Of a stretch of DNA of 64,000 nt, positions 19,452-29,650 are shown one piece after another (position 1 is the first letter of the stretch; each line of letters begins with the position of its first letter). The translations under genes and the position numbers were made by a program. Source of the stretch: a bacterium (GTDB lineage: Bacteria > Patescibacteriota > Minisyncoccia > UBA6257 > 02-FULL-45-10c); NCBI GenBank assembly GCA_021786945.1, contig JAJYMK010000003.1, positions 240,361-304,360 on the forward strand, read 5' to 3'. The notes below the pieces were generated by a model, which saw only the letters and a list, made by a program, of their open reading frames with translations, did no database searches and was not told the DNA's origin.

Positions 19452-19483
19452 AAAAAACCCGCAATTTTCATTGCGGGTTTATT
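19452..19483 (-). terminator. Rho-independent terminator downstream of the small Zn-ribbon gene
   Basis: A 10-bp perfect stem (aaacccgcaa / ttgcgggttt) with a 6-nt loop, followed on the minus strand by a T-run. Confidence 0.55.
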
Positions 19484-19484
19484 C

Positions 19485-19769
19485 TTATCCTCTTATCAAT
19501 CCTTCCGTTTTAGACTCGAGTTTTTCTTCGGTCTCGTGGCCGCAACTTATACATATTTTGCGGCTATATATGTATTTTGTAACCACGAAGCCACCAGCTG
19601 TATAAAATTGAGACTTATCTTGCCTCCTAGAAACAAAAGCCCTTAATTTTCCGCAATTCGGACACTTTCTGGGAAAACAAAAACATATAATTGCAGAAAC
19701 TGAAATGATAAGGAAGGCTATAAATCCCATAGTCAATAGAATTAACGGCACCCGAATATAATCAGGCAT
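19485..19769 (-). CDS. Small membrane protein with C-terminal CxxC...CxxC zinc-ribbon
   Basis: 94 aa with an N-terminal TM helix, then CPNCG ... CISCGH. It has its own terminator. Confidence 0.45.
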   Translation of the reverse strand: MPDYIRVPLILLTMGFIAFLIISVSAIICFCFPRKCPNCGKLRAFVSRRQDKSQFYTAGGFVVTKYIYSRKICISCGHETEEKLESKTEGLIRG

Positions 19770-19838
19770 ACTATCCCCCTTTATAATTTAAAATAAACTG
19801 ATTTAAATATAAGCCAAAGACTGTAAAAGTCAATTTGA

Positions 19839-21680
19839 TTACTTTATAAGGAATTTTATCCTTCTGGTTCCGGCACCAACCGACTCCTGCTTCTGAATTT
19901 TAAAACTACCCACCTGCAAAGTATGTTCAACATGTGGTCCACCGCAAAATTCAATGCTGTAAGCCTTTTCGTTACTTCCTCCTTTAGGCCCAACAAAATA
20001 AACCTTCACTATATTTGGATATTTCTCCTTGAAAAAGAACAAAGCTCCGGTTTTTTTGGCTTCTTCAATAGGCATTTCCTTAAAATAAACCGGCAAATCC
20101 CGATTGATAATATCGTTTACCTCGTTCTCAACTTTTTTGACTTCTTCTTCAGTAAGTTTTCTGGTAAAAGAAAAATCAAACCTGCCCCTTTCCGGATTGA
20201 TATCCGAACCCATTTGCTTTACCTCATCCCCAAGAGTATTTCTCAAAGCTTTTTGGAGTAAATGCGTTGCCGTGTGAAGCCTAATAACTTTTTCCATGTC
20301 TTCATTCGATCCAGCCTTCAATTCACCAGTATCCAATACCAAACCGTGACCGCCAAATTTTTTCTCAGCTCCGGCGCGAGAAGTTTCCTGGTGTTTCTTA
20401 TATTCTTCATCAAAACCAGCTTCATCAAAAATAATTTGCTTCTCCTTACAAAACTCCTGCATTAATTCTTTTGGAAAACCATAAGTTTCATAAAGTGAAA
20501 ATGCGTCATAACCAGAAAGAAAAACTTTTTTCTTAAGACCAACAAGTTCTCGTAAATTTTCAACAAAAGACTGGCTTTTCTTTTCCGAAATTAAATTATT
20601 AAAAATTTTTAAACCATCACTCAAAGCTTTAGCAAATTTACCTTTTTCTTCATAATAGACATTGAGAATCTCTTCTTTGTTTTTTACTTCCGGGTATATA
20701 TCGCCAAAAATTTCATTGACGTTCTCCAAAACCAAAGTAAAAAGATCGGCATGAATATCATATTTAGAGCTATAGGCCAAAACTCTTCTCAAAAGTCTTC
20801 GTAAAATATAACCTGCCTCCTTATTTGAAGGCCTGACACCGTCAGCTATCAAAAATATTGAAGCCCTCAAATGATCAGCTAAAATTCTTATAACCGAAGG
20901 CTCCAAATCATGACTTACTTCATGAATTTGCTTTATAATCGAAGCAAATAAATCGGTTTCAAAAACATTATCAACCCCTTGCATCATGGTAACCAAACGT
21001 TCCAATCCCATGCCGGTATCAACACCGGGAACAGCCAGTTTGTTAAAATTACCGTCCTTATCTTTAAAGTATTCGTTAAAAACAACATTCCAAATTTCAA
21101 CACCTATTCCGGCCTTAGCATCCTCGGGACTTTTAGCTACATAGATTTCTGTTGTCGGACCGCAGGGGCCTTCGTTGCCGGTAGGACCCCACCAATTATC
21201 GGCTCTGCCACTTCTTCTGATTTGTTCCTTAGGTAAACCTATTTCTTCATGCCAAATTTTATAAGATTCTTTATCTTCTGGAGTTGTTGGATCACCGGCG
21301 AAGACAGTCACATAAATCCTATCTCTTTCTATGCCCAATTCTTCAATTACAAATTCATAAGCATAACGAATAGCTTCTTTTTTCAAATAACCTCCAAAAG
21401 AAAAATTACCGAGCATTTCAAAAAAAGTAAGATGAGTATTATCACCAACTTCTTCAATATCGGAAGTCCTGAAACATTTCTGAACTGAAGTAGCATTTTT
21501 ACTTCCAAAATCCCTCACAGCATCGGCTTTGCCGACATAATAAGGCTTAAATTGCTGCATGCCAGCTGTAGTAAGCAAAACAGACGGGTCATCCGGTAAA
21601 AGCGAAGATGATTTTACAATTGCATGTCCCTTTTTCTTAAAAAATTCTAAAAACTTATTTCTAATTTCTTTTGAACTCAT
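19839..21680 (-). CDS. alaS: Alanyl-tRNA synthetase, C-terminally short form (no C-Ala/DHHA1-like domain)
   Basis: The N-terminus is MSSKEIRNKFLEFFKKKGH. The editing-domain motifs HTATHLL and CGGPHV are present. 613 aa against about 870 for full-length. Confidence 0.9.
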   Translation of the reverse strand: MSSKEIRNKFLEFFKKKGHAIVKSSSLLPDDPSVLLTTAGMQQFKPYYVGKADAVRDFGSKNATSVQKCFRTSDIEEVGDNTHLTFFEMLGNFSFGGYLKKEAIRYAYEFVIEELGIERDRIYVTVFAGDPTTPEDKESYKIWHEEIGLPKEQIRRSGRADNWWGPTGNEGPCGPTTEIYVAKSPEDAKAGIGVEIWNVVFNEYFKDKDGNFNKLAVPGVDTGMGLERLVTMMQGVDNVFETDLFASIIKQIHEVSHDLEPSVIRILADHLRASIFLIADGVRPSNKEAGYILRRLLRRVLAYSSKYDIHADLFTLVLENVNEIFGDIYPEVKNKEEILNVYYEEKGKFAKALSDGLKIFNNLISEKKSQSFVENLRELVGLKKKVFLSGYDAFSLYETYGFPKELMQEFCKEKQIIFDEAGFDEEYKKHQETSRAGAEKKFGGHGLVLDTGELKAGSNEDMEKVIRLHTATHLLQKALRNTLGDEVKQMGSDINPERGRFDFSFTRKLTEEEVKKVENEVNDIINRDLPVYFKEMPIEEAKKTGALFFFKEKYPNIVKVYFVGPKGGSNEKAYSIEFCGGPHVEHTLQVGSFKIQKQESVGAGTRRIKFLIK

Positions 21681-21705
21681 ATGAATAGTTATTTTTTGTA
21701 TTTAT

Positions 21706-22749
21706 TTATTCTTCTAAATTTTCAGGGAGCTGTAAAGTCTCCGATTCTATCCCTGAAGAAGCCCCGGTAATTTTCAAAACATCTTTATCTATCTTTGCCA
21801 ATTCTTTTGAAGCGCTATTGTACATATTTACGGTAGTTCCTAAATGCCCGCCAAGCTTTTTCATGAAAGTTTCATAGCTTCCGATATGTTTACCCAAATT
21901 CTCTACGCGCTTCCTTATTTCCTTGGCAGATTCTTCAATCTGAAGCATTTTCAATCCCTGCAAAACCGTCTGCAAATAAGCCAAAAAAGAAGTTGGAGAC
22001 ACTATGATTACTTTCTTTTCTTTAAAAGCATACTGGATCAGATCCTGAGTATTTGTTTTGATGGCGCCAACCTTATTTATCAACAAATCATAATAAATAC
22101 CTTCGGCAGGAATAAACATAAATGCAAATTCCATTGTTCCCTCTTCGGGTTTTATATATTTTGAAGTTTCATCAATTCTGTTTTTAAGATCCTGCTTAAA
22201 AACTTTTTCGAGTTCAGCATGCCTCACCGGATCATTTTCCTCAATAATCCTATTGTAATTTTCCAAGCTAAATTTTGAGTCTATAGGAATTATTTTATCT
22301 TTAACAAAAATAACAGCATCAACAATGGAACCATCTTTAAATTTATACTGCATCTGATATTGACCGGGGGGAATCACATTTTTCAGAAGCGAATCCAAAA
22401 AATATTCACCGAGCACACCTCGCTGTTTTGGATTTTTCAAAATATCCTGCAAATTTTTAAGCTGATCAGCCATACTAAAAACTTGCTTCTGCCCCTCGCC
22501 CACTTTCGTAAGTTCTTGAGTAATTTCCTTTATCAAACGATTACTTTCCGACATCTGCCTCTGCATTGTTTCGGACATTTCCCCCTTGCTTATATCCAGC
22601 CTTCTTGTTATTTCATGAAGCTGATTTTGCAATAATAAAAGCGAATCACTTTTTGGGGATTCTTTTTGTTTTTTTAAATAAACAAAAATAACCGAAAAGC
22701 CGATAATCAAAACAGCTAGCACTATAAATAATAAAATTTCTGAAGACAT
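21706..22749 (-). CDS. rmuC: DNA recombination protein RmuC
   Basis: An N-terminal TM helix, a long coiled coil, and a C-terminal nuclease-like domain with the FAFMFIPAEGIYY block typical of the RmuC family. Confidence 0.75.
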   Translation of the reverse strand: MSSEILLFIVLAVLIIGFSVIFVYLKKQKESPKSDSLLLLQNQLHEITRRLDISKGEMSETMQRQMSESNRLIKEITQELTKVGEGQKQVFSMADQLKNLQDILKNPKQRGVLGEYFLDSLLKNVIPPGQYQMQYKFKDGSIVDAVIFVKDKIIPIDSKFSLENYNRIIEENDPVRHAELEKVFKQDLKNRIDETSKYIKPEEGTMEFAFMFIPAEGIYYDLLINKVGAIKTNTQDLIQYAFKEKKVIIVSPTSFLAYLQTVLQGLKMLQIEESAKEIRKRVENLGKHIGSYETFMKKLGGHLGTTVNMYNSASKELAKIDKDVLKITGASSGIESETLQLPENLEE

Positions 22750-22840
22750 ACCGAGTCAGTATAAATTCGGCTATGAATTATAATTGCCGCCAGGCAAGGC
22801 CGAATTTTCACTGCCCGGCATAATAATTAATTATACATTA

Positions 22841-22878
22841 AAAAGCCCCGACTCGCTAAGAATCGGGGCTTATTTTTT
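22841..22878. terminator. Bidirectional hairpin terminator
   Basis: A 7-bp GC-rich stem (gccccga / tcggggc), flanked by A4 and T-run. It lies immediately after the stop of the 22877-23542 gene. Confidence 0.5.
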
Positions 22879-23542
22879 ATGCTCTTTTGATCGGAAAAAT
22901 GCTGGGATTTGGAATCTGACTAGGCCAGGCCCCAATCTTTATAGCGGTATCCACATCTTTCTGAAAACAAAGATGTGTTTTTCCGAACCTTCTTTCAACT
23001 TCTTCACGGCAAAGAATGCATATTTTTTCGATCAACATGCGACGTTTTCCGGCCAAATAGGTCAAAGCATAAACATACATAGCTTCGGCCAACTTGGGAT
23101 TTTCGTCGGGCCTCATCCCCATTTCTCTCATCATTAAACCATTAAAAGATAGACGCTTAGGCTCTTTTTTAACCAAGTAACGACCAGGTTTTATTATCTC
23201 TTTTTTTAATGAAATAATTTCCCGATCGCTAAGATTAAAAATAAAAAGCTTGGGCGCTACAGCGAAAATTTCCTCCACCGTCATCCTTACGGGAACAGTG
23301 AGAAGAATAAAATTTTCCGCCGCATATCTTTTTAATTCTTCCTCGTTTAAAGAAAAAGAAGCGAAACTATTAAGCTCTTTTTCTTTTAAGTTCCTTCCTA
23401 AAACAGCACAAGCTTCAAATAAGCCAATAAAATTTCCTCCGAAAATTATCTTGGCTTTTTCCTCTGCCTCCTTAACCTTTAATCTTGAATTCATTTTTTC
23501 CTCCAGAACACACAGAGCATCAAACTTAAAATTTTCAAACAA
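22877..23542 (-). CDS. Hypothetical protein (221 aa)
   Basis: A clean ORF between smc and rmuC. I recognise no domain. Confidence 0.4.
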   Translation of the reverse strand: MFENFKFDALCVLEEKMNSRLKVKEAEEKAKIIFGGNFIGLFEACAVLGRNLKEKELNSFASFSLNEEELKRYAAENFILLTVPVRMTVEEIFAVAPKLFIFNLSDREIISLKKEIIKPGRYLVKKEPKRLSFNGLMMREMGMRPDENPKLAEAMYVYALTYLAGKRRMLIEKICILCREEVERRFGKTHLCFQKDVDTAIKIGAWPSQIPNPSIFPIKRA

Positions 23543-23617
23543 CTGTAAATATATTATAAAATATTTTTACTAAAAAATCAAGTTTTTTATATTTTATTAA
23601 AATTAAAATAATAAAAT

Positions 23618-25783
23618 TTAATCCAATTTAATCGATAAAACTTTTGAAACGCCATCTTCCTCCATTGTTACACCATAAAGAACATCAGATGACTCCATAG
23701 TTGATCTATTATGAGTAACAATAATAAACTGGGATTTTTTAGAAAAATCTTTGATAAGTTCCGCGAATCTTCTGGTGTTTTTTTCATCCAATGCGGCATC
23801 AACTTCATCCAAAACCAAAAACGGCGGAGGGCTTACGGAAATCAAAGCAAATAGCACCGCAATTGAAACCAAACTCTTTTCTCCTCCGGAAAGCATTTCC
23901 AATCCTTTAATTTTTTTACGCGGAATAACCAATTCTAAATCAATACCGGCCGACAATTCGTCGTCTTCTTCATCGGCTTCCGGTTCTTTTACCGCCTGTT
24001 GAGCTTCGTCGGCCAAACCTTCATCGGGTAAAACCTGCTTCTTTGGTTCTGGTTTTTCCAAATAAAGTTTTCCTTTGCCGCCGCCAAACATAAGTTGGAA
24101 AAATTTATTAAACTCTTCATTTATCTTACCCAAAGAAGAAGAAAAATCATTGTGAATTTTTATATCCAGGTCTTTAATTAAAGTGCTCAAATCGTTTGAG
24201 GCCTTCTCTAAATCAGCCAACTGGGTAGATAAGAAATTAAATCTGGTTTCGGTTTCTTTGGCTTCATTAAGCAGCGCCTGATCAATTTCGCCTACACTGG
24301 CCACCTCCGCCCGTAATTTAAATATTCTTCTTTCGGCTTCGAATATATTTACAGCTTCTATGTTTTCCAACCCAGCTTTCAATTCATTTATATTTTTACC
24401 CGCCTGAGAAATCTGAGTTTCAAGATCCTGCATTCTTAGATTAAACCTCTCTGTATCGAAATGAATCCTATTTTTCTCCGATTCCAGCCCGGCTATTTCA
24501 TCTTTTTTGGCTTCAACTAATTGAAAAGATTTTCTGAATTCAGAATTAAAACTTTCCAAATCAGCCGAAAAACCAAATTCCATTTTCTTCAAATTTTCCA
24601 ATTCTTTTATAATCTCGGAAAGCTGAGAAGAAAGCTTATCTTTGCTGGCTTTGAATTCGGCCAATTCTTTAGATACGCCAGCCTCGTTTCCAAACTGCAA
24701 AAAATTATCTATTTTTGAAAAGATTTCGTTTAAAACTGTTTTTATTTTTATTAAATCGCTTTCTTCAGAAAGATTTTTTATAACAGACTTTAAATCATTC
24801 AAAACTACAATAGCTTTTTTTGGATCAACTTCAGTATTAGATGAAAATTCTATTTTCACTTCCAATCTTCCCAATTCTTTTTCTAAAACTGATTTTTTAT
24901 TTAAAAGCTCCTCTCTCTTTAATTGAAGACTATCCAATTGAGCTTTGTTGCTCGGCCTGCTATTTTCTACCTTACTTAACTGTTCATGTAAAACTTTAAG
25001 TTCGGAATTTTTATGAACTAATGCAGTATCTATTTCTTTAAGTCTGGGAGAAAATTTTTCCAAACCAACAAAAATTTCCTTCAATTTATTTTTAAAATAA
25101 ACAGATTCGAGGTCGTTTAATTCTTTTTCGGTTTCACCAAGCTTTTCCCATTTAGCGGTTTGTTTTTTTAAAAATCTCAGATGCGGGCCAATTTCATCCA
25201 GCATTACGCGAACCTTATCTATATTTATTCCAGTATTTTTCAGTTTTCTTTGCGCTTCCTGTTTCTTAATCTGATACTGCCTAAGACCCAAAATCTCCTC
25301 AATCATTTCTCTTCTTTCTTTCGGAGTTGATTTAACAAAAAGATCACTTTCACCCTGATTTATAACGGTTAATCCGTGCGTACCAAGCCTGGCTTTAGCA
25401 AAAAAATCAATTATATCTTTAAGTCTGACCTCGGCTTTATTCAAAAAATATTGGGAAATTCCGTCCCTGTCTATTCTTCGCACGATGGAAACTTCGGAAA
25501 AATCTACCGGAAAAAAGCCGGAACTGTTATCGAAAATCAAAGAAACCTGAGCCATGCCCATTCTGGGCCTCTTTTGTGTTCCTGCAAAAATCAAATCTTC
25601 GGCTTTATCGCCTCGCAAATTCTTGGCTTCACGCTCACCTAAAATCCAACGCACCGCATCAAGCACATTGCTCTTACCGCTGCCGTTCGGACCGACAATG
25701 CCGGCAATACCTCCGGGAAATTCCAAAATAGTTTTGTCCGCAAAAGATTTAAAACCTACCAATTCTAAACGTTTAAGTAACAT
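23618..25783 (-). CDS. smc: SMC-like chromosome segregation ATPase, short (hinge not evident)
   Basis: The N-terminal head MLLKRLELVGFKSFADKTILEFPGGIAGIVGPNGSGKSN is near-colinear with bacterial SMC. The C-terminal head has the signature LSGGEKSL and the Walker B FLVLDEVDAALD. The ~390-aa middle is coiled coil with no Gly-rich hinge. 721 aa against about 1180. Confidence 0.75.
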   Translation of the reverse strand: MLLKRLELVGFKSFADKTILEFPGGIAGIVGPNGSGKSNVLDAVRWILGEREAKNLRGDKAEDLIFAGTQKRPRMGMAQVSLIFDNSSGFFPVDFSEVSIVRRIDRDGISQYFLNKAEVRLKDIIDFFAKARLGTHGLTVINQGESDLFVKSTPKERREMIEEILGLRQYQIKKQEAQRKLKNTGINIDKVRVMLDEIGPHLRFLKKQTAKWEKLGETEKELNDLESVYFKNKLKEIFVGLEKFSPRLKEIDTALVHKNSELKVLHEQLSKVENSRPSNKAQLDSLQLKREELLNKKSVLEKELGRLEVKIEFSSNTEVDPKKAIVVLNDLKSVIKNLSEESDLIKIKTVLNEIFSKIDNFLQFGNEAGVSKELAEFKASKDKLSSQLSEIIKELENLKKMEFGFSADLESFNSEFRKSFQLVEAKKDEIAGLESEKNRIHFDTERFNLRMQDLETQISQAGKNINELKAGLENIEAVNIFEAERRIFKLRAEVASVGEIDQALLNEAKETETRFNFLSTQLADLEKASNDLSTLIKDLDIKIHNDFSSSLGKINEEFNKFFQLMFGGGKGKLYLEKPEPKKQVLPDEGLADEAQQAVKEPEADEEDDELSAGIDLELVIPRKKIKGLEMLSGGEKSLVSIAVLFALISVSPPPFLVLDEVDAALDEKNTRRFAELIKDFSKKSQFIIVTHNRSTMESSDVLYGVTMEEDGVSKVLSIKLD

Positions 25784-25795
25784 ATTATATAAATA

Positions 25796-26377
25796 TTATA
25801 CCCCAAATTGAACTAATTTTATCAATTCCTCTGTTAATTTCTTTGGTAAACCCATAACACTTTCAAATTCGCCGTCAATCCTATTGATGTACGGCGTCAA
25901 TAGAGAATGTTCTACAGCCAAACCCCCAGCAACATAAAATGGGTCTCCAGTTGCTATATATTTGTCTACAACTTCTTCCGGGATAGGATCTATCCAAGTT
26001 TTGGTAATATCCGTACCTTCAACTTTTTTATTCAAAGCTGTATTTACAACAACCACAGACGTAACAGTCTCGGCCGGATATTTTCTGTATATACTTACAA
26101 ATTCCCTGACTTGTTTTTCATCAACCGGTTTCTCCACTATTTTTCCGTTACAAACCACAACTTGATCGGAAGTAATCAAAATACACTCTTCTTTTTCTTT
26201 AAGTTTTTTTAAAATTGCATCTGCCTTTGCGTTTGCCAAAGCTATTGTAAGTTTTACAGGGTCGTCAAAACGGATCTGCTTCTCGTCTATATCCGCAGTC
26301 ACTACATCAAATTTATACCCCATCTGCTGCAGAACTTTTTTTCTACTGGCAGACTGGGATCCCAAAATTATTTTCAT
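25796..26377 (-). CDS. maf: Maf-like nucleoside triphosphate pyrophosphatase
   Basis: 193 aa (MKIILGSQSASRKKVLQQMGYKFDVVTADIDE ...), colinear with Maf. Confidence 0.85.
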   Translation of the reverse strand: MKIILGSQSASRKKVLQQMGYKFDVVTADIDEKQIRFDDPVKLTIALANAKADAILKKLKEKEECILITSDQVVVCNGKIVEKPVDEKQVREFVSIYRKYPAETVTSVVVVNTALNKKVEGTDITKTWIDPIPEEVVDKYIATGDPFYVAGGLAVEHSLLTPYINRIDGEFESVMGLPKKLTEELIKLVQFGV

Positions 26378-27057
26378 TATATTTCTTGTAATGCTTTTTT
26401 GGCCGCTTCTACCTCTGCGTCTTGCTTAGACATCCCCTGTCCTGAAGCGATCAATTTATCGGACAAATATACGCCAACAGTAAAAACTTTTTTATGGTCC
26501 GGGCCCTCTTCGCTAATTACCTTATATATAGGAGTAATTTTTTGACTGGCTTGAGTTTTTTCTTGTAATAAACTCTTGGCGTCTTTATACAAACCTTTTT
26601 CAACAACTTCTTCCAATTTAGCCATAACAAATTTTTCTATAAAACTCTTTGCACCGTCATATCCACCATCCAAATAAATAGCGCCTATTAAAGCCTCGAT
26701 AGCGTTAGCCAAAATCACATCTCTGGCCCTACCCATATCTTTCGCTTCTCCCTTGGAAAGCAACAATGAATTTTCCAGCTCTATTACTTTAGAAACCTCG
26801 GCAAGCATCTGATAATTCACCAGAGCCGCCCTGAAAGACGTAAGCTGGCCTTCCGCTGAATTGGGATATTTTTTGAATAATATTTCCGTAACCACCAATT
26901 CCAATACAGCGTCACCTAAAAATTCCAGTCTTTCGTTATGAGACACTTTCCAGCTTGGATTTTCATTTAAATACGAACGGTGCGTTAAAGCTTCTTTTAA
27001 AAATTCCTGATTTTTAAAACTATAAAAAATAGACTTTTCAAGTTTTTCTAATTCCAT
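26377..27057 (-). CDS. rnc: Ribonuclease III
   Basis: The RNase III signature ERLEFLGDAVLELVV is present, with a C-terminal dsRBD. 226 aa. Confidence 0.9.
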   Translation of the reverse strand: MELEKLEKSIFYSFKNQEFLKEALTHRSYLNENPSWKVSHNERLEFLGDAVLELVVTEILFKKYPNSAEGQLTSFRAALVNYQMLAEVSKVIELENSLLLSKGEAKDMGRARDVILANAIEALIGAIYLDGGYDGAKSFIEKFVMAKLEEVVEKGLYKDAKSLLQEKTQASQKITPIYKVISEEGPDHKKVFTVGVYLSDKLIASGQGMSKQDAEVEAAKKALQEI

Positions 27058-27147
27058 ATTTTTATTTGATTACTAAACTTTAGGCATTAAACACTAGAAT
27101 ATTTCTCGTATCTAATGCCTAGGTTCTAGCTTGATTGATATTAATTT

Positions 27148-27642
27148 TTATTTTTCGACTTTCTTTTCTTCTTTTTTAACTTCCGGCTCGGTTTTTGCCT
27201 CGGGCTTTTTGTCGTCTTTTCCGGGCTCGCCAAGCTCTCTATATACGGTACCCAAAACTCCGTTTATGAATTTACCGGAATTCGGACCGCCATAATTTTT
27301 TGCAATCTCAATAGCTTCGTTTATAGCCACTTTTGGAGGAACTTCTTTCCTGTCCGCATACAAAAGTTCGTAAAGCCCTATTCTTAAGACATTTCTGTCG
27401 ACAATAGAAATTTGCTCAATCGGCCATTCCGGAGCTGCTTTAGTAATAATATTATCTATCTCTTTTTTGTGGGAGATAATATTTTTCATAAGATTCCAGA
27501 CAAATTCCGGCTCATCGATGCCGGGGCCAAATTCAACCATATTTCTTTCCAAGATTTTGGTCAGATCCTCTTTCTGATTATAAAAATCCCACTCGTAAAG
27601 AGATTGTAAAATTATAGATCTGGCTAAATGCCTGGTTGCCAT
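27148..27642 (-). CDS. nusB: Transcription antitermination factor NusB
   Basis: 164 aa, colinear with NusB ([14 protein letters not shown] ..., RIGLYELLY), with an acidic/lysine C-terminal tail. Confidence 0.85.
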   Translation of the reverse strand: MATRHLARSIILQSLYEWDFYNQKEDLTKILERNMVEFGPGIDEPEFVWNLMKNIISHKKEIDNIITKAAPEWPIEQISIVDRNVLRIGLYELLYADRKEVPPKVAINEAIEIAKNYGGPNSGKFINGVLGTVYRELGEPGKDDKKPEAKTEPEVKKEEKKVEK

Positions 27643-27659
27643 TAAATTATTTAATTAAT

Positions 27660-27821
27660 TTATTGCTTTCCGTATTCTTTGCAATTCGGGCAAACTCTGT
27701 GAGACAAAACCGGAGACTTGCAATTTTTGCAGACAGAAACATTAACTTTTTTCAAAGCCTGATGAGCTCTGTGCATGCCAACTCTTGATTTTGATTTGTG
27801 TTTTACTGGTACGCCACCCAT
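27660..27821 (-). CDS. rpmF: 50S ribosomal protein L32
   Basis: Not in the ORF track (53 aa). The translation is MGGVPVKHKSKSRVGMHRAHQALKKVNVSVCKNCKSPVLSHRVCPNCKEYGKQ, with the L32 N-terminal basic motif and a C4 zinc ribbon. Confidence 0.8.
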   Translation of the reverse strand: MGGVPVKHKSKSRVGMHRAHQALKKVNVSVCKNCKSPVLSHRVCPNCKEYGKQ

Positions 27822-27885
27822 AGTTTTATTTTATATTTTTATTACTTATACCTATTAAAAATATCATAAAATTTTAAATAAGTAA

Positions 27886-27921
27886 ATAAAAACCCCGGCA
27901 TTTTTGCCGGGGTTATTTTTG
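27886..27921. terminator. Bidirectional rho-independent terminator
   Basis: An 8-bp stem (ccccggca / tgccgggg) with a 4-nt loop, between an A-run and a T-run. It separates rpmF from the GC-rich islet. Confidence 0.55.
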
Positions 27922-27923
27922 GC

Positions 27924-28385
27924 TTAAGGAAAATGTGTGTATTTATTGGGATTATCCACGCTCTGTCCGTCTTTAATAATAACAGCATCCATCCTTTTGA
28001 AAACCTTGGGCGGTACATTCGTAAACTTGCGGGCTATAAGTCCGCCGTCTTGCCTGCGGAGTATTGCTACCCGCACACAGTCGGGAGTAGAAGTGGCGGT
28101 CACCACTTCGTATATTCCGTTTTCTTCCAGAGAATTCATTCCCTCGTCTCCGGGAAAAGCCGCACCGCAGCCCAACAGAAAAAACCTGCCACAGGCCGTT
28201 ATCAGTAAGATTACGCCTGCAAGCAAAGTAATAGGACTAGGCTCACCTTCAGCCTTTTCGACGTTAGTTTTTTTATGCTCTACGGATTTAGTGTGATAGC
28301 CGCATTTGTAACCGTAAAGCATTAAAAATAAAACTGCTACGACAAGAAAGAAACAAGCTAAGAACATATTTTCCTCCCAAACCAA
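27924..28385 (-). CDS. Hypothetical membrane protein (2 TM plus C-terminal soluble domain), in the GC-rich islet
   Basis: 153 aa. Its codon usage is visibly more GC-rich than neighbouring genes. I recognise no domain. Confidence 0.45.
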   Translation of the reverse strand: MVWEENMFLACFFLVVAVLFLMLYGYKCGYHTKSVEHKKTNVEKAEGEPSPITLLAGVILLITACGRFFLLGCGAAFPGDEGMNSLEENGIYEVVTATSTPDCVRVAILRRQDGGLIARKFTNVPPKVFKRMDAVIIKDGQSVDNPNKYTHFP

Positions 28386-28496
28386 GATTTAAAGAAACTG
28401 ACTTGATTAAAAACTAAATTAATCACGATGTCAATAAAAATAAAAAGCGGCGAGCCCCATTCCTCCATGAAAGAATTGGATTCGCCGCTCTTGTTT

Positions 28497-28919
28497 TTAG
28501 CGCACCTCCTTGCGCACTTCCTTACGCACCTTGAGCTTGCCCCGCCACATTGGGATGAGCTCGAACTCTTCCTCCTCCCAAGGAGAAAGACGTTCGGGGT
28601 ACTTCGACAGCTCCACCAGGCCAGCCTTCGCCGCTAACCTGCGCAAGCGCAGAAGTCCCCGCTCTTCGATCTGGCGGACACGTTCCCGGGAAAGCTTCAT
28701 CCGCTTCGCTATCTCACTGAGAATTAAGGGCCTTTTAATCCCCAACCCCCAATGCAGACGGATGATCTTCGCCTCCCTTTCGCCGATCTTATCGAGAAGC
28801 AGGTTAAGTTCCAAGGGTACTTGTTTCTTTTCGAATAGCACGGCGGGATCTTCCTGGTGTTTGTTGCCAAGCACCACTACTTCAACTTCATCCTGCCCGA
28901 TTGTGATTCTGAGATGCAT
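28497..28919 (-). CDS. Sigma-70 region 4 (HTH) domain protein, stand-alone or truncated sigma-factor fragment
   Basis: Residues ~45-105 (EREAKIIRLHWGLGIKRPLILSEIAKRMKLSRERVRQIEERGLLRLRR) match the sigma-70 region 3.2/4 consensus (L..RE..vl.lRfGl ... tLeEvg..f.vtRERiRQIE.kAlrKLR). There is no region 2 or 3. The C-terminus carries RKEVRKEVR, encoded by a ~12-bp tandem repeat. Local GC is roughly 55-60% against about 33% in the flanks. Confidence 0.6.
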   Translation of the reverse strand: MHLRITIGQDEVEVVVLGNKHQEDPAVLFEKKQVPLELNLLLDKIGEREAKIIRLHWGLGIKRPLILSEIAKRMKLSRERVRQIEERGLLRLRRLAAKAGLVELSKYPERLSPWEEEEFELIPMWRGKLKVRKEVRKEVR

Positions 28920-29021
28920 TTCTTTTTCTCCTTTACCAAATTTTTAACGGGCTCTTGCGAGCCGTTACTGGTATATATAATAACACATTTATATCTATTT
29001 TGTCAATGAACATTAATAAGT

Positions 29022-29050
29022 TTGACAATAGCCATATTTCATGTTTAAAT
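29022..29050 (+). promoter_or_regulatory. Putative sigma-70-type promoter for the secreted-protein gene
   Basis: TTGACA (29022-29027), a 17-nt spacer, then TTAAAT (29045-29050). An SD (aaaggag) lies at 29096-29102, 7 nt before the ATG at 29110. Confidence 0.35.
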
Positions 29051-29109
29051 ATCCCCAGTTCTCAAAATCAGGGTTAGCATTCCCTACAAAAATGTAAAGG
29101 AGAAGTATC

Positions 29110-29643
29110 ATGTACAAACACATGATTTCCGTGATGGTCGCAGCACTGTTCCTCGGGGTAATGAACTGCTTCGGGCAGAACATCAATCCCACCGTCCCTA
29201 AAAACGACGACAAAACCGTAAACGACCTCGTCAAAACCGTGGAAGTCCAGGTGAAAAACCTGGTAACTACGCAAAACGAGGAAGACGGAGAAAAGGCTTT
29301 CTCGAAAGCCGCAAGCATCATCGATGAAAAGACGATGGCCGCGGCCAAGGGCGACCTCAAGCAGTACGGCCAACTCCTCAACAAAACATGGCTAGTCTTC
29401 AACGACAGAACCAAGAAATTGGTTCCCGAGCTTATGAAAATGAAAGAGCTCAAGTCCGACAACGACTACGAAAAGGTTCTCCGGTACATGGATGCCGCTA
29501 CAGCTAAAGAGCTGCTGCGGCTAACAACGGCCGAAAGGATCATGAAAATTCTTCCCTCAAAAGAAGAGTTTGAAGCCACGACAAAGCGAGATCGGGCGAT
29601 CGACATACTCCTCAAAGGTCAGCCGTCAACCCAGAAAAAATGA
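29110..29643 (+). CDS. Hypothetical secreted protein (signal peptide plus alpha-helical domain), in the GC-rich islet
   Basis: An N-terminal signal-like hydrophobic segment (MISVMVAALFLGVMNCFGQ). It has a good SD and its own terminator, and its composition is GC-elevated. Confidence 0.5.
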   Translation: MYKHMISVMVAALFLGVMNCFGQNINPTVPKNDDKTVNDLVKTVEVQVKNLVTTQNEEDGEKAFSKAASIIDEKTMAAAKGDLKQYGQLLNKTWLVFNDRTKKLVPELMKMKELKSDNDYEKVLRYMDAATAKELLRLTTAERIMKILPSKEEFEATTKRDRAIDILLKGQPSTQKK

Positions 29644-29650
29644 CGGAAAA

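Noticed and set aside
29013-29462. Minus-strand ORFs 29013-29462 and 29074-29373 overlapping the 29110-29643 plus-strand gene.
   Set aside because: The plus-strand ORF has an SD, a signal peptide, a promoter and a terminator. The minus-strand ORFs have none of these and consist largely of its antisense codons.
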